The translations under genes and the position numbers were made by a program. The notes under the pieces were generated by a model. It was given only the letters and a program-made list of their open reading frames with translations. It made no database searches and was not told the DNA's origin. This document shows, piece by piece, positions 25,316 through 32,000 of a DNA stretch of 32,000 nt. The DNA lies in NCBI GenBank assembly GCA_045568075.1, contig JBJLBP010000001.1, positions 690,001 through 722,000 on the forward strand, written 5' to 3'. This DNA is from Candidatus Thalassarchaeaceae archaeon (GTDB lineage: Archaea > Thermoplasmatota > Poseidoniia > Poseidoniales > Thalassarchaeaceae). Every line of letters begins with the position of its first letter. The first letter of the stretch is position 1.

Positions 25316-26782
25316 TTAGCCGACGAGGTTGACTACTACCTCAGGCTGAGTGAGGTAGATGAGTAGGCCGATTCCTGCGAACATCATCATCCAGGATCCG
25401 GTAGCTTTGACGACGCCAGTCGACCGGCGAAGGAATCCAATCATTGCTTGACGACCCATTCCAACGAGTCCAGTCACTATGATCATCAGTAGGGTTACAG
25501 ATAGCATCAGGCCACCGAGGCCTGAGATGAATGCACCTTTCCCAACAACCGTGAGCCAGGCGACGAATGGGAAGACGGCGGCTGCGGTGCAGTCGACCGA
25601 TGCCGCCGAGTAACCGATTCCCCATAGGTACATGTTTCGACGTGGGGTGAAGACCTCGTCAGTCTCCTGAGTTTGATACTTGTCGAGAATTCGTTGCACG
25701 CCGGCGAGTAGGTGACTCGTCCATCCGAGCAACATCAATCCTCCAAGAATAACCAGAATCCAAGCGATGGCGATAGCAACTTTGTGTAACACTCCGCTCA
25801 GGTTGATGACTTCGGATAGCCCGAAGATGATGAATCCGACAATTCCAAAGAAAGTCAATTGCCCAAGGGCTGCGAAGCCCCCTACCTCGAATGAACCAGG
25901 CATCCGACCATTCAATTTCCCAGCCTCTCGTAATTCTTCTTCGCGCATCCCGAGGCTGAGGTAGTAAGTGATGTACGAGGGCAAGACCGGGAAAGCGCAC
26001 GGCGAGAAATAGACCAGAACTCCAAGGAACAGTCCGATGATGAATACACCCATCACCGAGCGGTCAGCCTTCGCAATACCGATACGTAGCCCTTCCGCCT
26101 CGCCCTCGTTTGCCGCCTCGATGGCACCGTCGAATTCCGCCCAGCCATCGAGCGGAGTCCCCGTATTTTCCTTTGCAACGACGAATCCTTCGTGATCGAT
26201 AACCAGTGCTAGCGGAATCGCTTGCGCAGAGTAGTACTCCACCAAGTCCCCGCGCTCTCCTTCCTCAAGTAGAATCACATCGGTTCCACCATTGACGATA
26301 GGCCAAGGCATGTGCTTGTCCGATTCAGGGTCTCCAAAGGTCGAATTGATTGAGTCAAATGATTCGTATCCATACCACGAAGCTAGAGAAATCGCAACCA
26401 CAGGGTAAGGTCCGTCTAGAGCCTCCCATTCTGCTAAATTCTGATCGATATGCTCCTGCACATAATGGCAGTTAGAGCAATCGATTGCCATGAAGTCCAG
26501 TATGACTACGTTGCCTCGCAGACTACTCAACTGAATGTCACCATTTTCGTCAGCAATCGCGTCGTCGATCCCCTCACGATTCATCGAAGGGGCCAACCAA
26601 TCCGGTGCCTCGTTAACATCGTCTGAGGTGCCATAGACAGAGGAGGTTAGACCGAAGAGTGAGAGTGAAGCGTAGCCGATGATGCAGAATAGCACAACGC
26701 CGACTCCGAATGCCTTCCAGGTGTCCGATTCCCGGAGAACATCGAAGTCGAGCCCCGCCACCATAACTCTGCTGAACCTCAT
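25316..26782 (-). CDS. Thiol:disulfide interchange fusion: N-terminal TM anchor, TlpA/ResA-like thioredoxin-fold domain (CSNC), C-terminal CcdA/DsbD transmembrane electron-transfer domain
   Basis: LRGNVVILDFMAIDCSNCHYV and AQAIPLALVIDHEGFVV indicate a redoxin fold. YFSPCAFPVLPSYITYYL and SVDCTAAAVFPFVAWL are the two CcdA Cys/Pro motifs, set within about 6 TM helices. Confidence 0.85.
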   Translation of the reverse strand: MRFSRVMVAGLDFDVLRESDTWKAFGVGVVLFCIIGYASLSLFGLTSSVYGTSDDVNEAPDWLAPSMNREGIDDAIADENGDIQLSSLRGNVVILDFMAIDCSNCHYVQEHIDQNLAEWEALDGPYPVVAISLASWYGYESFDSINSTFGDPESDKHMPWPIVNGGTDVILLEEGERGDLVEYYSAQAIPLALVIDHEGFVVAKENTGTPLDGWAEFDGAIEAANEGEAEGLRIGIAKADRSVMGVFIIGLFLGVLVYFSPCAFPVLPSYITYYLSLGMREEELREAGKLNGRMPGSFEVGGFAALGQLTFFGIVGFIIFGLSEVINLSGVLHKVAIAIAWILVILGGLMLLGWTSHLLAGVQRILDKYQTQETDEVFTPRRNMYLWGIGYSAASVDCTAAAVFPFVAWLTVVGKGAFISGLGGLMLSVTLLMIIVTGLVGMGRQAMIGFLRRSTGVVKATGSWMMMFAGIGLLIYLTQPEVVVNLVG

Positions 26783-26876
26783 CCTGTTTTTGACACCGGC
26801 GGGGCTAGGGGCGTAGTTGAAAGTCGATATGAAGCGTCATCACGGTTAAGTCGGGCCCTCAGGTCGGGCGCTTGCC

Positions 26877-26952
26877 GGGCTCGTGGTCTAGGGGTTATGA
26901 CGTCGCCTTCACATGGCGAAGATCGCCAGTTCAATTCTGGCCGAGCCCACCA
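26877..26952 (+). tRNA. tRNA-Val: tRNA-Val (anticodon CAC) with genomically encoded CCA
   Basis: Hand-folded cloverleaf. The acceptor stem is GGGCTCG/CGAGCCC, the anticodon stem TCGCC/GGCGA, the anticodon loop TTCACAT, the variable region AGATC, and the T arm GCCAG-TTCAATT-CTGGC. The discriminator is A, followed by CCA at 26950-26952. Confidence 0.9.
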
Positions 26953-26981
26953 CCTAGAATTGTTGTAGTGGATAGAATCGA

Positions 26982-27683
26982 TCAAAGCGAGTCAAGAAGG
27001 GAACTTGCTCCAATTCTGAATCGCTTTGAACCAGCATCGATGATTGAAGGGTCTTGGAGATGGACAAGATTGGTCAGGCGGCTAACATCATCGACGGTTC
27101 TGATGCCACCTGAGAGCTTCACACCTCGCCTTTCTCCGAACGCGCGCTCGTGGCGCATCACTTCGTAGGCCAGAATTGATGCGGCATCATCAGAACATGC
27201 GCCACGTTTTCCGGTACATGTTTTGACGAAATCAGCACCAGCTGCCAGAGCCATTCGAGCGGCGGCTCGCATGGGTCTCTCTTCCAGCATAGGAGTCTCG
27301 AGGATGACCTTCAGCACACACTCACCGGCAGCCTCGCGCATTGCGACAAGTCGAGCCAAATCAGCCTCGCTGGGAAAATCCTCGTCTTTACGAGGCTCAA
27401 GCACCACGTCAATCTCATCCACGCCAGCGGACACGGCTGCCGCAACCGCGGTGCGAATTTCACCATCATCAACGCTACCTACTGGAAAACCACCAGCAAC
27501 AACTGCCAACTGAATACCATCATCAAGCAACCCGCGAACGTACGTAGCATGCTCGCTGAAGACACATACTGCTCCAACGCGGTTCGAATTCGCTCGAGCC
27601 ACAAAACCAGCTAACTGCTCTTCGCTCGCACCATGATCTAGCAGAGTGAAATCAAGGCATTCGATGATGTCTTTCGCGTCCAA
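26982..27683 (-). CDS. deoC: Deoxyribose-phosphate aldolase
   Basis: TIM-barrel class I aldolase pattern. DFVKTCTGK holds the Schiff-base Lys, with VKLSGGIRT and IGASS near the C-terminus. Confidence 0.9.
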   Translation of the reverse strand: MDAKDIIECLDFTLLDHGASEEQLAGFVARANSNRVGAVCVFSEHATYVRGLLDDGIQLAVVAGGFPVGSVDDGEIRTAVAAAVSAGVDEIDVVLEPRKDEDFPSEADLARLVAMREAAGECVLKVILETPMLEERPMRAAARMALAAGADFVKTCTGKRGACSDDAASILAYEVMRHERAFGERRGVKLSGGIRTVDDVSRLTNLVHLQDPSIIDAGSKRFRIGASSLLDSL

Positions 27684-27692
27684 GCAGATCCC

Positions 27693-28796
27693 TCAGGAAT
27701 GCCGCTCAGCAAACTCACGCATGAATGCAACGAGCGCCTCGACAGACTCGATAGGGCAGCCATTGTACAGACTCGCACGAATTCCGCCAACCGAGCGGTG
27801 CCCCTTTAGTCCACCAAGTCCAGCCGCAGCAGACTCAGCTAGGAAAACCGACTCAAGCGATTCATCTGCGCAACGCCATGTCACATTCATCACCGAACGA
27901 GCCTCAACTTGTGCGTGAGGAGCCCAGAAATCAGTTCGGTCGAGCTCACCATACAATAGAGCCGCCTTCGCTCGATTTCGTGCTATAGAACCATCCAGGC
28001 CACCATTTTCTTCTAGCCATTTGAATACGCAATCAAGAACGAAGATTCCGAAGGTGTTAGGGGTGTTGAACAACGATCCCTTCGAAGCATGAACTGTGTA
28101 ATCAAGCATGGTAGGTAGTCGACCAGCATCGGAGTTTTCCTGCGCCCGTGCCATAGCCCAAGGAGAGAGGATGACCAGTGTGACTCCAGATGGACCGAGG
28201 TTTTTCTGAGCTCCAGCATAGATCAAATCGTGGGCTGAAACATCAAGAGGAACTCCAGCGATATCCGAAGAAGCATCGAGCACTCGTGGCTTCCCTCCGC
28301 TATCTGGTAAATCGTGATACTGCGTTCCCATCAAGGTGTTGTTTGAGGTGTAATGGACATACAATGAATCTTCACTAACAGCATATTCTCCTGCACTCGG
28401 AACAGAACGGAAACCATTCTCAGAATCGCTCCATATTACGCTTACTCCACCGATTCTCTTCGCCTCCACTACTGCCTTTTTTGACCAGCCACCGGTTTCG
28501 AGGAAGTCTGCTCGCTCACCTGGTTGCATAAGGTTCAGGGCAGTCATGTAGAATTGTGTTGAAGCTCCGCCCTGCAAGAATAGAATTGTGTAGTCTTCAG
28601 GTACCGACAGCACCCTCCTGATTCTCTCCATGGCGCTGTCGACAACCGCTTGGAAAGTGGGGCTTCGGTGGCTGATTTCGCACAGTCCGAAGCCGCTGTT
28701 GTTGAGGTTAGGTAGGGCCGCTTGAACCTCTTCGACGACTGACAGGGGTAGGACTGCTGGCCCGGCACCGAAGTTGTGGATGCGTGATTCACTCAC
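27693..28796 (-). CDS. serC: Phosphoserine aminotransferase
   Basis: HNFGAGPAVLP at the N-terminus, YAGAQKNLGPSGVT (PLP Lys) and GGIRASLYN near the C-terminus. Confidence 0.95.
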   Translation of the reverse strand: MSESRIHNFGAGPAVLPLSVVEEVQAALPNLNNSGFGLCEISHRSPTFQAVVDSAMERIRRVLSVPEDYTILFLQGGASTQFYMTALNLMQPGERADFLETGGWSKKAVVEAKRIGGVSVIWSDSENGFRSVPSAGEYAVSEDSLYVHYTSNNTLMGTQYHDLPDSGGKPRVLDASSDIAGVPLDVSAHDLIYAGAQKNLGPSGVTLVILSPWAMARAQENSDAGRLPTMLDYTVHASKGSLFNTPNTFGIFVLDCVFKWLEENGGLDGSIARNRAKAALLYGELDRTDFWAPHAQVEARSVMNVTWRCADESLESVFLAESAAAGLGGLKGHRSVGGIRASLYNGCPIESVEALVAFMREFAERHS

Positions 28797-28879
28797 GCCC
28801 TTAGGGCGTGGGCGAGAGTCTTTCAGGACTTCTGCGGAACATGGGTTGGATTGAAGCCGGATGCTTCTGCCGTCGGGTC

Positions 28880-29482
28880 GTGCTTCGTATCGGCTTGGTC
28901 ATGCTGCAAGGCGCGCGCCATGTGCATATGGCAGCCCTGCGCGCCGCTGCAAAATCAGTCGATATCGAAATCGAGATCCACGAGTTGCGTAAGGCGAGCG
29001 ACCTCGAAAAAGCCGCACCGCATGCGCTCGTATTTCCAGGAGGCGAATCTACCACGATGCGCCTAACAGGCAACGACCCCGCATCGGGACTGCTCCCAGC
29101 GGTCTTCGAATGGATTCGCTCTGACCCAACCCGCCCAGTTCTCGGAACTTGCGCGGGTGCAATCTTACTCTGCGACCCTCTTGACGGCGGCGCGCCAATA
29201 ATCGCCGCCGAAATCGATCGAAACGCCTTCGGCAGCCAAGCGGATTCCTTCCAAAGCGCTCTCGAATCTGCCCTGCTCAGACGCCAATTCCCTGGCGTCT
29301 TCATCCGAGCGCCCCGCTTCACCAGTCTTGCCCCTCCCGCCGAGCCAGTAGCCATGCTCGGGGAGGAGATTGTGGGTGTGCGTGAGGGTAACCGTTTAGC
29401 CTTGACTTTCCATCCAGAATTATCTGAAGATGCGGGTTTCCATGAATGGCTAATCAAAACTGCAAAAGAGGTGACAGCGTGA
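28880..29482 (+). CDS. pdxT: Pyridoxal 5'-phosphate synthase glutaminase subunit PdxT
   Basis: (M)LRIGLVMLQGA, PGGESTTM, GTCAGAILL (catalytic Cys), RNAFGSQ and FHPEL. I prefer GTG 28880, which restores the conserved first beta-strand. The track start at 28808 adds an unconserved extension. Confidence 0.9.
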   Translation: MLRIGLVMLQGARHVHMAALRAAAKSVDIEIEIHELRKASDLEKAAPHALVFPGGESTTMRLTGNDPASGLLPAVFEWIRSDPTRPVLGTCAGAILLCDPLDGGAPIIAAEIDRNAFGSQADSFQSALESALLRRQFPGVFIRAPRFTSLAPPAEPVAMLGEEIVGVREGNRLALTFHPELSEDAGFHEWLIKTAKEVTA

Positions 29483-30636
29483 CATTTTCTGTGCGTTTAC
29501 CGAGTATACCTGAACTTCCAGAGGCGGCTGATGCCAACGATACCGAGGGCTGTATCCAATGCCAAATGGGCTCGAAACTCGTGCTCTTCATCACTGGTCA
29601 CTGCCACTGGATGTGCGACTACTGTCCCCTCTCTGAAAACCGTCGTGAAATTGACTTCATGTACGCTAACGAACGCCGAGTCGAAATCGGCGATTGGGAT
29701 GCTGTAATCGAAGAGGCACGCGCCATGAATGCGACCGGTGCTGGTATTACAGGAGGAGATCCTGTGATGGCGCGTGATAGGGTTCTGGAGGCTTGTCGGA
29801 TTCTGAAAGCGGAGTTTGGTTCAGGTTTCCACCTGCACATGTATACGAGTATTCCATTCAAGGCCGAATGGGCTGCAGAATTTGCTGAAGCCGGTTTGGA
29901 CGAGATTCGCTTCCATTTCTTAGATTTGAAGTCTGAGAAATATGCCGATACAATGGCTGCTTGTGTCGAATCTGGGATGCTTACCGGCGTCGAAATCCCA
30001 TGTGAGCCTGACAAGTCTCACGAGTTGATGGTGCTGCTAGAGACGCTGCGCGGGATGCCTGTACAATTCCTCAATCTCAACGAGTTGGAGATTACCGTTG
30101 GAAACCACGACAATATGGAAGTTCGCGGATTCAATTTGTCCGATGAGATTACTGCTGGCGCCGCTGGTTCTGCTGAATTAGCCGTGCGCATGCGTGACCG
30201 TGTCACTGCGGCGCAAATTGGTGCTCCTGACCCTGAGGATGGCGTAATCCGCGAGCCTTATCCGTATCATCTGAAGTTCTGTACTGCGACCTACAAGGAT
30301 AGTGGGCAATTGCGTCGCAGATTTTTGCGGCGTGGTGAGCATACGATTGCACCGCATGAGATTTTGACTGAGGACGGGACTCTTGTTTTCGGCGCAATCG
30401 ATTGTGAGCCTGAAGACGCGCCGGATTGGATTGAAGAGATTAACCAAGAGACAGGATTGCCTCGTCGATTCATGCTTTATGATGAGGATAATCGGCGCAT
30501 CGAATTACCACTTTCGATGGCTGAGGAACTGATTGAAGCCATCGATGCACCGATTGCTCTAGTCGAAGTTCATCCGACTCATGAGCGACTCGAAATGACC
30601 GTTGTATATCTCGGAGAAGATAGCGAAGAGCAGTGA
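29479..30636 (+). CDS. Radical SAM domain protein of unknown function (PflA-related, archaeal type)
   Basis: CHWMCDYC is the CX3CX2C cluster motif, and GITGGDP is the SAM-binding GGE-like motif. GTG 29479 overlaps the pdxT stop (GTGA) and follows GAGGTGA. ATG 29446 is the alternative start. Confidence 0.8.
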   Translation: MTFSVRLPSIPELPEAADANDTEGCIQCQMGSKLVLFITGHCHWMCDYCPLSENRREIDFMYANERRVEIGDWDAVIEEARAMNATGAGITGGDPVMARDRVLEACRILKAEFGSGFHLHMYTSIPFKAEWAAEFAEAGLDEIRFHFLDLKSEKYADTMAACVESGMLTGVEIPCEPDKSHELMVLLETLRGMPVQFLNLNELEITVGNHDNMEVRGFNLSDEITAGAAGSAELAVRMRDRVTAAQIGAPDPEDGVIREPYPYHLKFCTATYKDSGQLRRRFLRRGEHTIAPHEILTEDGTLVFGAIDCEPEDAPDWIEEINQETGLPRRFMLYDEDNRRIELPLSMAEELIEAIDAPIALVEVHPTHERLEMTVVYLGEDSEEQ

Positions 30637-30700
30637 GCAAGCGAAACTGAAGACCTCCTCTCTCGACTCCTTCAAGTACTCTCATTGAATATCGCAGGGT

Positions 30701-32000
30701 ATGCCCGTGCAGACTTTCGACGCCGAGGGCAGTGAGGTCGACACTTTCCGTCGTCTTTCCGCCTCACAGTTGGGCGTTTGGCATTCATGCCCGAGGCAGT
30801 GGTATTACAGTTACGAAGAGCGATTGAAGGGACCGATGCCACCACATATCATTCGCGGAAATGCGGCTGAGGAATGCGTTTGCAGAGTACTCAGGGACTC
30901 GCCAGTGCTCATTGCTCCTGACTCCACCGACGTGCTTACCTCACCACTCAACTCCGACGGAGCTCCCGATTGGGAAGATACTGGAAATTGGATGGGTTCG
31001 AGACTACCGGCTAGGTCTGAAGATGATTGGCCGGGCTCGCGCGACGCGCTGATGGAATGGGCCACTGCGCGCGTTGAGGTCCATTTCGATCGATGCTGGG
31101 ATGCTGCCGTCGCGGACTGGCAAGCAACTCGGAACCGCGCTGGTTCGCTCGACGATATCGATGTGGAAGAATGTCGAGCGATGGTCATCGAGGGCATTAG
31201 GATGCACCTCGATGAGGTTGAACGATGTATCGAGGCGAATGGTGGACCGAGCCTTGCCGCTTGGCGGGCGGGCGAGGCTCGTGAAGCGATTCCTGCTCCA
31301 GATGGCTTCCCTCTGACCTGGACAACCCCTCATCCAGCCGCTCGCACGGAAGGTGACGTGACTTGGTTAGAGGCTTGGGAAATCGCCCGACCGTGGTTTG
31401 TTGATCCAGATGCTAAGTCATTCACTCAGACGAGTTGTATCCCAGAAGGATGGTTCCAAGGCGAATACGATTTGGTCTATCGATGGGATGGCTCAATCAA
31501 TATCATCGACATCAAAGCCAGCGTTGGCAAGGGTGATAGATCATACAGTTATATCGCACAACTGCGCCTCTATGCCTGGCTCTGGTGGGAATCTCACGGG
31601 CGCTCTGAACAAGCGACCTCTCTGGCTATTTGGTACCTTGGGACTGGCACAGTCAAGCCGATTGTATTGCCGACCGTCGCCGAGATGGAAGCCTACGAGA
31701 GCGAGCTCGGCGACCTCTATCGATTGCTGCGGGCGGGCAATCCAACAATCGACCAATGCCCGCCTGACCCATCTCCCTACCGTCACTTCGATGCGGGAGG
31801 AATTCCAGCAGATCCACCCATCGATCCCGACCCACAAGCCCGATGCAAGCGCTGTGATTTTCGTGGCTTCTGTCCGAAGGGTGGCCACGACCTCGAACTC
31901 ACCGCAGAGCGTCGTATCGAGCGTCTAGGTCATGCTTGGCCAATTACCCCATTCGCAGAGATTGAACCCCGTGTCAATGCCATCGGTGAAGTCATTGGTC
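30701..32000 (+). CDS. Cas4/RecB-type PD-(D/E)XK nuclease with Fe-S cluster cysteines; N-terminal 433 codons, gene runs off the right edge
   Basis: Absent from the ORF track because it is open-ended. My translation from ATG 30701 has no stop to the window end. Motifs are LSASQLGVWHSCPRQWYY (N-terminal Cys), GEYDLVYR...INIIDIKAS (D...DxK), SYIAQLRLYAWLW (QxxxY) and ARCKRCDFRGFCPK (CxxCx5C). The three listed plus-strand ORFs in this span are in other frames. Confidence 0.75.
   Translation, partial: MPVQTFDAEGSEVDTFRRLSASQLGVWHSCPRQWYYSYEERLKGPMPPHIIRGNAAEECVCRVLRDSPVLIAPDSTDVLTSPLNSDGAPDWEDTGNWMGSRLPARSEDDWPGSRDALMEWATARVEVHFDRCWDAAVADWQATRNRAGSLDDIDVEECRAMVIEGIRMHLDEVERCIEANGGPSLAAWRAGEAREAIPAPDGFPLTWTTPHPAARTEGDVTWLEAWEIARPWFVDPDAKSFTQTSCIPEGWFQGEYDLVYRWDGSINIIDIKASVGKGDRSYSYIAQLRLYAWLWWESHGRSEQATSLAIWYLGTGTVKPIVLPTVAEMEAYESELGDLYRLLRAGNPTIDQCPPDPSPYRHFDAGGIPADPPIDPDPQARCKRCDFRGFCPKGGHDLELTAERRIERLGHAWPITPFAEIEPRVNAIGEVIG

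Noticed and set aside
26877-26952. tRNA-Val as the integration site of the phosphate cassette
   Set aside because: The cassette edge (about 24.79 kb) is separated from the tRNA by intact backbone genes (csp, TlpA-CcdA). I saw no direct repeat of the tRNA 3' end and no integrase anywhere in the window.
26779-27168. ORFs 26779..26985 (minus) and 26872..27168 (plus)
   Set aside because: They overlap the well-folded tRNA-Val gene and the 3' end of deoC, so they are spurious.
28801-29457. 218-aa minus-strand ORF covering pdxT
   Set aside because: It is antisense to a frame with unambiguous PdxT motifs (GGESTTM, GTCAG, FHPEL). Its own product is low-complexity (Ser/Arg/Pro/Ala-rich), as expected for a shadow ORF in GC-rich coding DNA.
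31398-31928. 176-aa plus-strand ORF, along with 30861..31052, 31074..31316 and the minus-strand ORFs at 30811..31333
   Set aside because: They are in different frames or on the other strand from the open-ended frame starting at 30701. That frame alone carries the ordered nuclease motifs (CPRQW, DIK, QLRLY, CxxCx5C).
1-32000. CRISPR arrays, rRNA genes and C/D-box sRNAs
   Set aside because: Scanning the intergenic regions by eye showed no regularly spaced direct repeats, no rRNA-like sequence and no convincing C (RUGAUGA) / D (CUGA) box pairs.

Overview
The window looks like an archaeal chromosomal segment. The evidence is ribosomal protein L40e (absent from bacteria), a membrane-inserted LonB protease, a UPF0147 protein and an AbrB-PhoU regulator. 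A marine planktonic euryarchaeote (Poseidoniales-like) is a low-confidence guess, not something the sequence shows. I support about 30 protein genes and one tRNA-Val(CAC). Most of the window is a housekeeping backbone; the 60-nt lines I counted there give about 53-55% GC. Backbone genes are trmI (partial), a 1052-aa surface protein, lonB, an MFS transporter, isoaspartyl peptidase/asparaginase, a class-V aminotransferase, a LysE exporter, rpl40e, purA, P5C dehydrogenase, a Na+/solute symporter, csp, a TlpA-CcdA fusion, deoC, serC, pdxT and a radical SAM protein. The window ends in an open Cas4/RecB-type Fe-S nuclease gene. The most interesting region is a phosphate-acquisition block at about 16-24.8 kb: a PAP2_3 lipid phosphatase/phosphotransferase-like gene, a PiT::DUF47 fusion, an AbrB-PhoU regulator, pstS, a fused pstC-pstA, pstB and phoU. 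Much of this block is clearly lower in GC. Its right edge (24674-24985) carries two abutting 3'-end gene fossils. One is a low-GC copy of the C-terminus of the TlpA-CcdA gene. The other is a backbone-GC copy of the C-terminus of the AbrB-PhoU gene. Together they suggest that a pst cassette from a lower-GC relative was joined illegitimately inside the resident regulator gene. Other points worth a look are a thioredoxin (WCGPC) domain at the head of the cadherin-like surface protein, its tandemly duplicated polyproline tail, an 11-mer shared by two promoters in the phosphate block, an untracked 50-aa zinc-ribbon ORF, and the truncated nuclease. I saw no CRISPR array, transposase, integrase or rRNA. 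All calls come from reading the sequence and motifs by eye; no database search was run.
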